Assembly (NCBI GenBank): GCA_965649765.1
Contig: OZ287749.1
Location: 103,664,001 to 103,728,000, forward strand
DNA length: 64,000 nt
Reading direction: 5' to 3'
From: Bispira polyomma
Lineage: Eukaryota
The translations under genes were made by a program, and so were the position numbers. The notes under the pieces are model-generated. The model ran no database searches. It worked only from the letters and a program-made list of their open reading frames with translations, and was not told where the DNA came from. Below, in pieces: positions 1 through 12,930 of this stretch. The number at the start of each line of letters is the position of its first letter. Within the stretch, counting starts at the first letter, position 1.

Positions 1-58
1 GGTTACAAAGACAAAAAAAAATGTTTCTTTTAGAAAGTATCTATGACCACTATACATA

Positions 59-230
59 CAGTAAAACCTCTATTGTCCGATTATTTGATTTTTGCAGACA
101 TAATTTTATTCTCCCAAACTTATATTTTGCTATTGTTTTATACTAAAATGCCCCTTTTATTCTATGGACCTTCTATTATCCATATAAATTCTCACTCTCC
201 CAGTATGGTCAGATAATAGAGGTTCCACTG
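59..230. mobile_element. Tc1/mariner-pogo-type MITE
   Basis: Imperfect TIRs CAGTAAAACCTCTATTGTCCGA / TCAGATAATAGAGGTTCCACTG; TA on both flanks (57-58, 231-232); non-coding. Confidence 0.75.
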
Positions 231-669
231 TACTATCTTTGGTACACATATCTAAATCAGTTCTATATCAAACCACATATGCTTTACTTTTCAGTACTAA
301 TCCACAAAAATCACACTCTATTTATTACACATGGAACACTGATTCAAGTAATGGGTCTTTCACATTTTCACTCACTCAGCTTTAATGCAGTCAGGGAGAA
401 ATAGCGGGCATGTTTATGTGTGACCTGTTGTGTTGCTGGTGGAGGATGTAGTGGATTACTGTAAATGCACAAAAATATCAACTTTTTCAAATTTATGACA
501 GGGATAAAAATGGTAGTCGATTTAGCTCCAATGTTAAGAGAGACAATAGCAATATGCTGCATTATTACAGGCTTGATGATGGTTATTTATGAATGCTTCT
601 TTAGTCTGTCACTGGGGATAGGACATAAAGATGAAAATCTGCTGTTTTAACTTGTCATGCCACTCACTA

Positions 670-885
670 GGCAGCAATGGCAGATGCAGCTCCTTCAAAA
701 TCACTAACTTCTCACCAATGTCAGTTTGAAACCTGATTGTTACTACATGCGGTAAATGTTGTCAGGTACTTGGTATAAGTTAATGGTTTACAATACTTCA
801 GCACTGGTTTCAGCCACCATTGAATCTGACCTGTCTTGATATGACCGAGGCTATTGAAAGCCCCGTATAGACCAAAATAAATTTA
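670..885 (+). mobile_element. Old tRNA-derived SINE (Meta-SINE-like); paralogous copies near 9770, 34135, 43065, 46790, 61050
   Basis: Degenerate B-box, then the GTTTGTCAGGTACTTGC..GGT..GTGGTTT..CACTGGTTTC core and a GATATGACC..GTTGAAAG tail, resembling molluscan Meta-SINEs as recalled; ends approximate. Confidence 0.55.
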
Positions 886-2117
886 AACTAAATGTCTCTA
901 ACTGTTTTCTGACTACAACGGTGGACCAGTTTATTTTTACTTGTGTAGTGAGTCAAGCATTTTGTAGAAGTAGTAGAGTCACAATTTATTTTTCCATTAA
1001 TGTTCTTACAACTATCCTTTCCTTGTAATCGCATGTTGTTATTCTGTTGCCTCATGTTACATTGGAAGATATAATAATAGACTTATTGACAGAAGAAGTA
1101 GATATTAAGTGGAATATCTGTTTGGATGTCTTCCTTTTTCATTGTATACTACTCCACTTGATAAAGTAATATCTTAACTCCAGAATATCACATTTATGCA
1201 GAAGGTCCTAAGTCCTTCATTAGATTTCTTTATCTGATTTTTCTTTGAAAACCATGTTTCAAACATCTGTCGATTGTGCTAGTGCAACATTCATGACTTC
1301 TGTAGGGTTTATCGACACCTTTGGATCAACATGGCATACTATTCTGCATAGATAGTTTTGAATTTTGTCAGCTTGTTGAGCTGTACCGTGTCATACCTTT
1401 GCTTCAAAAACTGACAGATTGAGTTCTTTATCAATTTAAAAAAATGCCTTTGTTTTTAAGAATGTGCATGTGCAGCAACCAGCCTACATATTATTTCTGT
1501 TGTCTAAGTTATAATTGATATATACCAATGGCAAGTAATCTATCGTTATAGATTGTACTGTTTTGTGGGATGTCACAATTTTGACGTGCTATTGAACTGT
1601 GACCAACTTTTGAAATGACTAACACTATCAACAACTAGTTTAGGCAAACAAAGAACACTGCAATGTTTCTACTTTCTGGGAGTATAATAATCACAAGAAT
1701 GTGGATTTCTTAAAGTGATTTCATCATCCTCAAATGTATGACTAACAAAAGTCGAATATTGTCCTAAATGAAGCCTTGTTTTCTGTTCAGATCGGATGTC
1801 TAGTTTCCCTGGAGACACCTATGTGCTTAGTGATATATAACCTCTGTTTGAGAAGAATGTGCAATGAATGGTATAAAAGACAAAAATAATCACTTTTTAA
1901 GGATAGTTTTTCTGATCTTTTAGATGTAATGCAGAGTCTTATTTATTATATTTGGTTGTGAATAAAAATATTATCAAACAATTACATTGCCTTTTTGCAA
2001 CATATTTTCTCCTGTGTCCTTGTCTATTATGTACATTTAAATATGTACTGATAATGACACTTCACATTGTGGCCTAGTTGGTAAGTGACTCATTTTGTAA
2101 TGTTCAGTATTTACAAG

Positions 2118-2594
2118 ACAGTGCCCCCTTGATGTTAAGGAAGACCTTGAAATTGATAAGATGTGAGTGGGAATATTAATTTTATTTCTATGTTAGACAA
2201 CTAAGTTATTTACACACTTTACTGTTAAGTATTATTTACTAACTTTAGTTAAAGGTCACCCTAAGGCCAAGATTAATTAAATTTAAGTAGGCCCTAAGTG
2301 GGCCATAGTTTAAGATAGCCTTACCGTGACTTCAAGGGCAGGGCAAAATTTAAGGTTAGCCTAACCTAATTTAAGGCTAGGTAGAGTTTAAGATTGGCAT
2401 TACTAGTTTAAGGTAGCCTTAACCTGAGTTTAAGGTTAAGGGCAAAAGTTGAGTTAAGGTCACCTTAACCTGTGTTTAAGGTTAGGTGATTTATGATTTA
2501 AGGAGCTTAGGGTGACCTTAAACTAACTACAATATGAGTATGTTTATAGTTATGACTTTTTGCATATAGATGAGATAATATAAAATATAGCACC
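2118..2594 (-). repeat. Split direct repeat B2 of element 1 (copy of B1 3273-3748)
   Basis: Near-identical ~475 bp copies. Confidence 0.92.
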
Positions 2595-3056
2595 ATAAAA
2601 TATATAAAATGTAGCATGTAAAAAAGTGTGTAAATACATAAAAGTAAAATAATTAAAATGCAAAAATGCTATCCAGCGTCATTAACCTAGACCTATAGTA
2701 CATCCATTTAAAAGAAAAGTGCCGACTAGGATGCACGGGAATTCTCACTCAAACCTTAAGTGGCTGACACAAATATAGCCCCTACACATGTAGTGCTGGA
2801 TGGCGAAATCGAGAAATCGAGGTACAATAGGCATGTGTTGCATTGCATTGTTGCTTGAGACAGTCTTTGCTTTAGCTGGTCTGTCCCGTGATGCCATTGC
2901 ATGTCGATCTGAAACTACATAAGCTATTGTTAGCATTGGTACAAGTTGTTCTCATACATGATAGCATTTATGACATATAATGATACATACAATTTTTGAC
3001 ATACATTATTATTACTACACTTTCCAGGTAGCCAATGGGGAAGAGGGTGGGATTTG

Positions 3057-3275
3057 AAAATGTATAATATAAAATGGCGTTTTGCCCTTCTGAGTTTAGA
3101 ATTATAAGTGGGATATTCCACACATTTGGGGACGACATAATTAATTAATTACTTAAGTGGACCACCCACCCACGAATCACAACACAGGTCAGTACAACAA
3201 GAGTGTTTACTTTAATAAGAATGTAGGACAACAAGAGGGCACTGAATTTACTAGCCTCGTGGGCTACCTTCCACA
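3057..3275 (-). repeat. Split direct repeat A2 of element 1 (copy of A1 8696-8913)
   Basis: Near-identical ~220 bp copies. Confidence 0.92.
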
Positions 3276-3757
3276 GTGCCCCCCTTGATGTGAAGGAAGA
3301 CCTTGGAATTGATGAGGTGAGTGTGAATATTAATTTTATTTCTATGTTAGACAACTAAGTTATTTACACACTTTACCATTAAGTATTATTTACTAACTTT
3401 AATTAAAGGTGACCCTAAGGCCAAGATTAATTAAATTTAAGTAGGTGCTAAGTGGGCCATAGTTTAAGATAGCCTTACCGTGACTTCAAGGGCAGGGCAA
3501 AATTTAAGGTTAGCCTAACCTAGTTTAAGGCTAGGTAGAGTTTAAGGTTTGCATTACCAGTTTAAGGTAGCCTTAACCTGAGTTTAAGGTTAAGGGAAAA
3601 AGTTGAGTTAAGGTCACCTTAACCTGTGTTAAAGGTTAGGTGATTTATGATTTAAGGAGCGTAGGGTGACCTTAAACTAACTACAATATGAGTATGTTTA
3701 CAGTTATGACTTTTTACATATAGATGAGATAATATAAAATATAGCACCAAAGCCCAA

Positions 3758-4747
3758 TTAGGAGGTAGGAGTTGTAAGGAGGGTTTGGAAGGAGAGGGCC
3801 ACTTTGTCAGATGCCTTGTGGTCCGAGGTCACGTACTTCCAAACACAGTCGGATGTCCAAGTTCCATGACTTTGGATGTCCTGTAAGGGGACATTATTGT
3901 TGAAAGCCATAGTTGCGCCAGAGTGGCGAAAGTCATGGAACGTGATGGGTGAGTCATTGAAACCCAATCTGAGGAGTATTACATGGAGGTTTCTACACAA
4001 TCTTGAGTCTGTGAGGGGACCCCAAGAGGCATTTTGCTTATAAAGAAATAAGGGATGATTTTTTTGAGCCAGGGGTGATGGCTAGGATATTTCTAATAGC
4101 TGTTACTGGACACAGAGGTGAGTTAGGGAGGGCAGGAACTTTGAGGACCCTAACCGTGTCCCTGGCCTGAAGTGTTTTGGTCCATTTAATGATAATGTGA
4201 AGACCTGGAGGAGTAAAAAGCACATCCGCCCTGGCCAGCTGGTGAAGTGGAGAATAGGTGGAAGAGGAGTGAGATACTGAATTAGAAATTGTAAGCAAGG
4301 CAAAAAATGCCAGGAGGTAAGCTCCTTCAAATGTTTGCCCCATGTACATTGAATCACATACTTTACTAATCAGGCTTAAGAGGTCAATGTCAATGATTTT
4401 GTTGATTTTTGCCTTAAATGGTCTGTGTAATGTGAGGGCCTTATTGAAATACTTAATACGTGGGTCATTGAAAGTGGTTGTGTCTAAACCATAGATTGCA
4501 AATTTGGCCTTAATTGCTGCCATATGATTGACAACAGAGGAATGAGACATTTTTCCCACTACCAAAAACTCCAGAAATGACAAGAGCAGCATTGGAGTTG
4601 TGTCTTGAATTTTGATTTAAATAAAACAGCAATAAGCCAGAAAAAGGCTGAACATTGCCTTATATGCTTGTTGGGTTGTAGGCCTAAATGCCGTATGGAC
4701 TCTTGTGGCTGCCTGAGCTGCTAGGAAAGCTGCCAGGGAGGGGAGAC
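3758..4747 (-). pseudogene. Tyrosine recombinase of element 1 (frameshifted)
   Basis: AFRPTTQQAY N-terminus, KWTKTLQ, LCPV, FHDFRHSGA, HGTWTSDCVWKY; catalytic Arg motif degenerate (LTISN); ORFs 4038-4592 and 3758-4000. Confidence 0.9.
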
Positions 4748-4757
4748 CTGAAATGTA

Positions 4758-6969
4758 TTATATACTCCAATCAATGTCCAGTAATTGGTCTGGAATGTCC
4801 ACCCACTCAGGGTGAGGTATGATTTGTCTTAGTTTGTACTCATTATGAGCTGTCATGTGCCACCTTGATAAGAGATCCGCAGCTTGACTGTTCTTAAATT
4901 TATGTCAGTGCCCGCCACTTCCATTAGGATGTTGCGTGCAATGGCAGCCAATGTTAGATCTTTAGTCCTGCCTGAGGTAAGGATGGACACCACTGCTTGG
5001 TTATCACAGTGGACCATGAGTTTTTCACCTGCTCAGAGGTATTTCCAGAGCCTGACGGCCACCAGGATGTTTAACATCTCTAGGTGGACGATGGTGAACT
5101 TTAGGTAACCTTGAGGGATAGTCTTGGTGTAAACTAAGCTGGTGCATTTACCACCTAGGCCCGTAAGACATGCATGTAATTCTATGTGGTAAGTTACCGG
5201 GGCATGGTCAAAGACCCCATTAAATTCACTAAGAAATTTGTCGAACCATCTGAGGTCTTGAAAGAATTGCACTGTGTCACTGTGTCAGCCAGTTTCTGGG
5301 GAGGGACCTCAATTGTAAACTTTAATGTATCTACTAGAACAGCTAAATAGTTGACTCTAGTGGTAGGTGTTACAATCTTTTTCTTACTAATCTCAAAACC
5401 TAATTCTTGCAAAAGGTTATACAATATGTTGTATGAGGCATGGGCGTCGTCGTGCGTGCCGTATCCTATGACGTCATCGATGTAGTTGATGACGTCATAG
5501 CCACGCCTATCCATGACGTAACATACGGCGTCACTGAGGCATTGAAAGATAGCACTTCCGTGTCTGTAGCCGAACGACAGACACGTATCTATGTAGTATT
5601 TGTCCATTCTGAGACCGAGGAGGTCATAATTGGCCGGATCTATCTTCACGTGCTGGAATGCCCGACTTATGTCTAGCTTGTATAACAAAGTACCTATTTC
5701 AAGTTTTGCTATTTTATTTGTTATGTCATCGACGGTTGGGAGAGTCAGGAGGAATTCAGTACCTAGATAATTATTTTTTCCAATTGCTGCATTGACTGAT
5801 TTGCCTTTTGGAAAACTCAGATCTATTATCACTCGGCGGTGATGAGGCCCAGGTTTCTTCCTTGTCATAAATGGGGAGATATGTAAAGGGGAAATGGGAG
5901 GTGTGTCAAACGGGTCCATTATTGCCCCATGTTGTTTTTCTTCCGCTAGATACGCTTTAACATCATTTAGAAACTCTACAGCTGACTTATGATTCTCTTC
6001 AACATGACTAAGTTCACTTTGCCGGTCAAAGTCCAACAGGAACCCATATTTTATGAAATAAATGAGCTGGGTATCCCAGTAATTGTTTAGCTTGCATTGC
6101 CATACATCCGGATTTAGTTCAGACTTTAGGACAATTTGTTCTCCTATGTAATTAGTCTTACCACTGTTTCGTACCGTCCGATGGATCTGAAGTGGTGTAT
6201 CCTTACTGGTGTGTTCTTTGTTAACCTCCAGCAATGTCAAGTCACCAAGCGGTATGAAACCAAACTTACTGCGGGTCTGTTTATCCCATTGTTTGTATAC
6301 CGGATTGTCACTAGCTTGTGCTATTATATCCCTATAGCGGGCCTTAACTTGTAACTGCAAGTCATATTTGTCTTCAGTACTAGTGGATGTACTTTGTTTT
6401 GGTGTACTGTGTTCTCTTGTATAAGTGACAGTACTAAAGCTTTTGACAGTGTCCCCCAAATGTGGATCAGTGTTCACCCCATCCCCTGTATATCCTACCA
6501 AAGGTGCAAACCTATTGTGGGACCTCAGACCTTGTTCTATTGTCTGACCTGGGTTTATTTTGGTTGCATAATCTTTGTTGATATTTGGTTTGTTTACATG
6601 GGGGTTAATGGGTTTTTCAGTCTTACCGTATTGCTCGTTGTAGCTGCTCTGCAATAGGTGCCTTTTTACATTATGTTCACATACATTATATACATCATTT
6701 TTTATCAACTGGCTTTGCACCAGGTGACATTTTTCCATTTTGTTACTGTGCATTACATTGTTAACATGTTTTGATACATTATTTACAGATTTACAACTTT
6801 GACTGATGACTTCTTTGGAAATTGTGGTATTGTTTCTGACTACTTCAGCATATGTTTTACCCTTAGCTAGAGCCCAATCTGCCCTCCAGTTTTCACTTGC
6901 TGCAGCTGCAACCACCCCATTTGTTATTATCCTGGAGTAAAATATGGGCACTGCAGACTTGTAGTGCCC
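4758..6969 (-). pseudogene. pol: Pol (reverse transcriptase + RNase H) of element 1
   Basis: RRVIIDLS, KLDISRAF, FGYRHGSAIFQ, NYIDD; RNase H fragment ELHACLTGLGG..IVHLEMLN; frameshifts and a deletion after 5272. Confidence 0.93.
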
Positions 6970-7997
6970 TATTTGATTTTGAATTTTGTTTCTCCCCCCC
7001 CCTCCCCCCCCCCCCCAGAATTTGATTTTCTACAATCTTTGGATGGGTCGCTGTAGCTTTTACCCCCTGCAAAGCAAAAAGCACATACATGGGTGTATAG
7101 CTGACCACCTGACTCATGGTCAGATTTCTGAAGACAAGTACCTTTCTGAAAAAATTTACAGGGTCTGCCTTTTTCATTATTTTTTCTACTGCTAGAGCCG
7201 TGGCCGGAAAAGTTTTGTGATGTAGTAACCCTTTGGGCATGAGCCCTACGGATCCTATCAATTTTATGGGTTTCCTCCCAGGATACTTTGCCCTCCTCCA
7301 TTTTACAGAGGAGGACAGCATGAGCCCCTTTAGCTGTGTTCCAGGAAAAATCATGACTATCCTCCATTAGTTCTGAAAGGTACTCGGGCATGAGGTCTTT
7401 GGTCACATTATTTTGCTCTTCTTTAATTATGTTTGTAAACCCTGATACCCATTGGGCCATTAAAAGACTGTCATAGGCTAGTCTAGATTTTGAGTGCCCA
7501 CCTAAAATAAAGTTCTGCGGCCAAGGTACTTGACGTTTAACCCATACTGTCTCAGACCCGCCCCTTTGGGAACGAAAGTTACCTGATTCATTTATGCGGG
7601 TCAGCTCTCGAAGTCGGGAGTCCACAGCTTCCTGGATGTGTGTTGGCAGCCTTAGCGACTGCACGGATGGCACCAGTAAGTCCGCTGCCGTGGCTTCTTC
7701 TAGTGGGACCCTGCTGGCTGCAAGTGAAGCTCCTGTGGGTAGCCGCACTGTTGTCTGTTCACTGCTGGCTGCCTCTCTGCCATCAGCAATGTCAGCTCTC
7801 TTTTCCATGTTGGTCATCCGACTGCTTAGATCAGTCTGCTGCTGCAGGATCAATTTGTTAACCTGAGCTGGTGACATGTCAGGTTCATCATCCGACTCAT
7901 CAGGTACTATGTTTTTGATCACTTTACATTTCTCATTAATTGGTTTCTGGTGATTAGACCCGCAGGCCTCACAGTCGTATGTTTTTCTGGGAGCCAT
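6969..7997 (-). CDS. gag: Gag-like protein of element 1
   Basis: Within ORF 6969-8108, likely ATG at 7997; N-terminal CxxCGxxH, VPWPQ, WNTAKGAHAVLLC, C-terminal Cys/His finger CKFFQKGTC..H..HVCAFC. Confidence 0.82.
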   Translation of the reverse strand: MAPRKTYDCEACGSNHQKPINEKCKVIKNIVPDESDDEPDMSPAQVNKLILQQQTDLSSRMTNMEKRADIADGREAASSEQTTVRLPTGASLAASRVPLEEATAADLLVPSVQSLRLPTHIQEAVDSRLRELTRINESGNFRSQRGGSETVWVKRQVPWPQNFILGGHSKSRLAYDSLLMAQWVSGFTNIIKEEQNNVTKDLMPEYLSELMEDSHDFSWNTAKGAHAVLLCKMEEGKVSWEETHKIDRIRRAHAQRVTTSQNFSGHGSSSRKNNEKGRPCKFFQKGTCLQKSDHESGGQLYTHVCAFCFAGGKSYSDPSKDCRKSNSGGGGEGGGETKFKIK

Positions 7998-9919
7998 AAT
8001 GCCCTCCAACAGTGTGTAGTTATGTTTGATATTAAGATTGTTTATATACCATCGACTGGATAACTTGTATTCAGCCCTGCTTATCCTCACACCTTGGTGT
8101 GTAGTCACAGTTGGGATTGTTTGTGGTTTTGCGGTACACCGTATGCTAAACTGTTCTTATATGTAATCACAGACAATTTGACATCCTAATGCACCCGACT
8201 GCATTGGCTATTTTTGGATCAACCACTCATATAATTCAATGTTTAGTTTGTAGCACAACCGTACACCCAGGTCACTGATACGTGTATAGTCTGTTTGGTT
8301 TTGTTTTTCCACTACTTATGCAGTTCACTGTTTAGTTTATAACACACTCGTGCACTCGAGTTGCACTGATATATATAGTCTAGCAAAAGTATACTGAAAT
8401 AGAATAGATCACAATGTGCTTAGATTTCTGCGAATACATAGAATGAGGGTGTGTGTTTGTAAATTTGATGTAAATACTTTAAAATATGTTAAAAACTAGC
8501 AATTAAGACAGCATAAATCACAGTATACAGCCCTCATTCATAGTCCCAACAAGTAGAGCAATATGCGCATAAATCCAAGCATAAGAAGCTTAATCTTGTC
8601 AGGAACACATCAGCAGGAGCTCCGTATCTTGTAATCCAGAGAAGCACATGAATTCCAAAGTAAAGTTCCTTTTAAAACACACAAGTAAAAATTTTAAAAT
8701 GTATAATATAAAATGGCGTCTTGCCCTTCTGAGTTTAGAACTATAAGTGGGATATTCCACACATTTGGCGGGACAGAATTAATTAATTACTTAAGTGGAC
8801 CACCCACCAACGAATCACAACACAGGTCAGTACAACAAGAGTGTTTACTTTAATAAGAATGTAGGACAACAAGAGGGCACTGAATTTACTAGCCCCGTGG
8901 ACTACCTTCCACACTTCTGCCTCGTGCCTCTAGAATCATGGATTTGACTCCATTCCAGTAGAATTGGTGAAGGCCAGTAGTTTGTAGGACAGAAAACAAA
9001 ACATTGTAACCTTTATAAGACTGATCACCAGTCCGACTCGTTTACCACCAAAAACAATGTCTATTCTGATATAATATGTAGTTGTTGAAACTGATAAACA
9101 AATATCAATTAATAACTTCAAAAATGCAGCTTTTTGTCATACTGATGTTAAAAGTGTTGCAATTTTATTATATTAATTACTTAATATATGTTTCTTTTAG
9201 ATAGTATTTTTTGCTACCATACATACTCCCTTAGATACACATATAGTCAAAGCGTACCCCAAAATACATCTGCCATATTTTTTAGTACTAATCCACAAAA
9301 ACCACACTATATTTATTACACACCCATTTCAATTAATTTACCTCCTAGAACACTGATGTAAGTAATGGGACTTTTACATTTTTAATCACTTTTCGCTTTA
9401 ATGCAGTCAGAGACAAACAACAGACATGTTTATGTGTAACCTATTATCTTGGCTATTGGAGGATGTGGTGAATTACTGTAAATCCACAAAAATATCATTT
9501 TGTTTTAATTTTTCTTGTTTTACCTCTAATATTAGGAGAAAAAACAACCACAGAATAACAATATGTCACAGGATCGAAGGCTTGATGATGACCAACTTTC
9601 AATTATTCTATGGTTCTTTAACCTGTCATCGGGAAAAGGACATATAGACAAAAAATCGCTCTTTTAAATGGTCCTGCCCTACTTACTCTGTGTATTAATA
9701 AGTGTTTCTCAGTAGGCCACCATGGCAGAGACAGATACGTCTGTATATTTATGTATCTGAATTTAAGTGACTGTGGTTAGAAGCACTTTAAAATCACTGT
9801 CCTCTCACCAATGTCGGTTTGATTCCTGTTTATTTTTTCCTTGCCTGCAAGTTTGTGATGTACTTGTGATGTACTTGCTGGAGGTCAGTAGTCGTTGATC
9901 AGCTCTTAAGTTGTCTCAC

Positions 9920-10500
9920 ATCAAGTAAATCAGGAATCAATCATTCTAAATTGAAATTACACTCTGGGAAAACTAAATTTCTACTTATTGGTTCCAAACA
10001 TCAGACGGAATTTTTTTTTTAAGCAAATCACCTTAGAAATACTACTCTTTCTGCAGACAAAGACAAACCCCTAGGAGTTACTTTTGCCTCGGATTTTTCT
10101 TTCAGAAACATTTTGAAACATCTGTCGATCCTGCTAATGCAACATTTGTGACATTTTTAGGGTTTATTAACACCTACCTTTGGAAATGTAGTGCAAACTG
10201 CAACTGTTGTATGACGTAAGACAGGGGTAAATAATCAAGTTGCAGAATATTCAAAACAATTTATGCATAAATGTATGCCATGCTGGTCTCTGTGCAGTGA
10301 CCAGCCTACTTATGATCTGTGTTATCTCAACAATTGCACCGAAGGAAATTGTCTCACCACCTTTGACGTCGTACCTAAAAATCATTTAAAGTTGCCGCAC
10401 CTGGCTGAATAGAATAGTCTTCCTGCCAGCCTTTGTACTAAGCCAAAGATCAGATGCTTATGAAAAAAGTAAAATCATATCTTTATCAACTCACTTTTCT
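9920..10500 (+). mobile_element. Decayed CR1/L2-like LINE RT fragment (related piece near 1240-1500)
   Basis: Broken translation resembling LKLNSGKTKFLLIGSK..LGVTF..F..HICRSC; ends approximate. Confidence 0.5.
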
Positions 10501-10649
10501 GTCTTAACATTCATCTGCTGTTACAATAGACTGCTGGTCAATAATCCTCGCTCCTTTTGGACCATATTTTTTTTGAAAATTGAATGGGATGTACACCACA
10601 GCAGATTCCTGATCATCGATTGTTGCACTGTAAAAGTAACAACATAGAA

Positions 10650-10898
10650 TTTTGAATATTTAACGTCCAATCTAGTACCTTTTAATCGGTTAGTTTGGGA
10701 TGGGTAGTTGGAACGCTGAAGGAAACAATACATACAGTTGTTCAAGATGCTGCATTGAAACCGGCAGCCGACAGTAAGAAACTACCACCTTTTCCACATA
10801 GGTATCGACGGGAGGAAACCCATGCCAGCCGATCCCAGAGGTGAGAGACCAGTGATTTTAAAGCGCACGCTTATAACCACTAGACCACTGCAGCCCCC
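10650..10898 (-). mobile_element. Young tRNA-derived SINE
   Basis: Same family as 51994 and 60720; 15-bp TSD AGTAACAACATAGAA at 10635-10649 and 10899-10913. Confidence 0.85.
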
Positions 10899-11743
10899 AG
10901 TAACAACATAGAAGTAGAGATTTATAACTTAAACAATATGTTTTTGAAATTCGAAATTACTAATAATAATGAGCCAATCTAAACTTTAAGATTCTGTAGA
11001 AACTGTGTACCTAATATTGAACACATTTACTTTCATTAAATTTAGCTATTGACCAGTTCAGCCAGTGGTTCTACACATTGGTGTCTACATGTAGCATTAT
11101 GTAACTGCCAATTCTTTTTACATCACTTCCCACTAAATTGATGGTTTCTTTCTGGTAATGACCAACTGAAACCAAAACAGCTTTCCCTCCCCCGGTTTAG
11201 TCACAGCAATTTGTCTTACTCATCATTGCCCTGTGAGATAATAATAAGAGTAATCTCTCGAATGGTAACCAATCAGATCGAATCATTTGAACCGTTAATT
11301 CACTGGCGAAGGTCATGCTTATTTATCTGTGTTAGAGGCTTATGCAAGTTTGTGTAGGGGAAAAGCAATGATTGTGTCAAATTGCAAATATTTTTGTATA
11401 TTAAAAGAAAAGCTGGTCAAATCCTACAAGAGTGAAATCAATATCAGAGGTCTACAAATTCTATTTGTATTTTATGTGAAACACATATTCATGTCAAATC
11501 TGGACTAAATAAGACTATTTGGTATGCCATGTTATATATCCTAAAGTTTCATGGAAACACAAACACACACCAAACCACACACACAAAATCTCACTATCTG
11601 TCACACAAACATACAGACTCAAAGTCATAAATCCACACACACAGCCACACCCAGAGCCACACATAGTACAAACTTCTAAACAAACTCATGCCAACACACA
11701 CAAACCAGACACTACCACACACCATCACACACACAAGCACACA

Positions 11744-11908
11744 AGTAGTAGCGTATTGAAGGATTTGAGGAACCCCCCCGGAGGAGTCGTGCCACCCCCA
11801 TGATCATGATAAGCCCCCCGGAGGATCTTATAGACCACCCCAATGAGTAGAATCGTGATGAGCCCCACTGAAGATCTTATAAACCACCCCCATCAGTAGA
11901 ATTGTGTG
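11744..11908 (+). repeat. Polinton left TIR
   Basis: Reverse complement of 29034-29197; starts AGTAGTAG; internal ~49 bp subrepeats. Confidence 0.93.
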
Positions 11909-12930
11909 TAAAATCCTTGGGTGCTTGTTTGTACTCATTCAACTTCTAAAACAAGCTTACACCTTTTGCAGACAAGGTCACTTAGGTCTGGTCAGAAGCG
12001 TGCCAGCACACGATTCTACTCATGCCAAATAATCACCGGGTAAGTAGCCTTGTCTGCAACTTTAAAGGTAAATCACCATTAAGGTGTATTAGTTACAATC
12101 CTTTTGAATAACCCCTCCAGGGTGAATTGGTTATAATCCTTAGACCCCTCCCTTTTAGATCTTTTAAGGGTATAATAGAGGATTAAAACACCTTAGACCC
12201 AGTCTTGTGTATGTGAATCCTTTTAAAGTTAAAGCTAAATCTTTCAAAGTTAAAGCTAAAAGCAAATCCTTTAAGGTAAATACAACCTGCTCTACTGGAT
12301 AAAAAATACAATATACTGTTTTAAGTTGATTGATAAATGGTCTGTTTATTTAGTTGAAATACTCATGACCTGGAAAAGATCTCAAAACAGATTGAAAATC
12401 AAAGATCAGTTAAAATTCCTTTATATTACAGGATTATATGTTAAGATCTCTTAAAACACTAAAACAACTTTTACATAGTATGTTTATGCACACATTTATT
12501 TGATGTTCTTTAATAATGCAAAAAGAACTAACTACCCTTTAAATCTTTATTAAAAACTAACTTTTAAGTTTGGTTTTCTAAGTAAAACTACACTTAGAAA
12601 TCTTAGATGTTAGAAAACACACACTTTAATAGAGAGATTAGATTTTTGTATAAATACAAACACATTAAACACTTAACACATAATTATACAAATTGGTGTA
12701 GAAGCACACTACAGAATAAACATTTTATTTTATTGGTTGCTGGGGTTCTTAATTCTGAGTGAATTATTTCATTGGTTGGATTTCCAGTTGCTGTGTTTGT
12801 TAACAACTTGTAGTTTATAAAAGAACCGGTCAGCTTAAATTATATTCATCTGAAATAGGAATTTATTACAAATTGTGAGATAGTTTGGATAAATTTTGTG
12901 TTTGGATAACAACAACTTTTGTGAAAAGAA

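Larger units (their letters stand above)
2118..8913 (-). mobile_element. Ngaro/DIRS-type YR retrotransposon, copy 1 (full length, decayed)
   Basis: gag, RT-RNase H and YR ORFs; split direct repeats A1 8696-8913 / A2 3057-3275 and B1 3273-3748 / B2 2118-2594; ACA core at both ends and at the internal junction; flanks rejoin into the empty site seen in paralogous units (TAGACACTTCTGCC near 46437). Confidence 0.93.

Noticed and set aside
6993-7016. Gly-rich Gag tail from a C/G run (also the G run at 54955-54966)
   Set aside because: Homopolymer expansion or sequencing error is more likely than function
11519-11803. His/Thr-rich ORF crossing the Polinton end
   Set aside because: Translation of a degenerate CA microsatellite
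11810-11908. ~49 bp repeats in the TIR as a CRISPR-like array
   Set aside because: Only 2-3 degenerate tandem units with no unique spacers and no cas genes; mirrored in the other TIR
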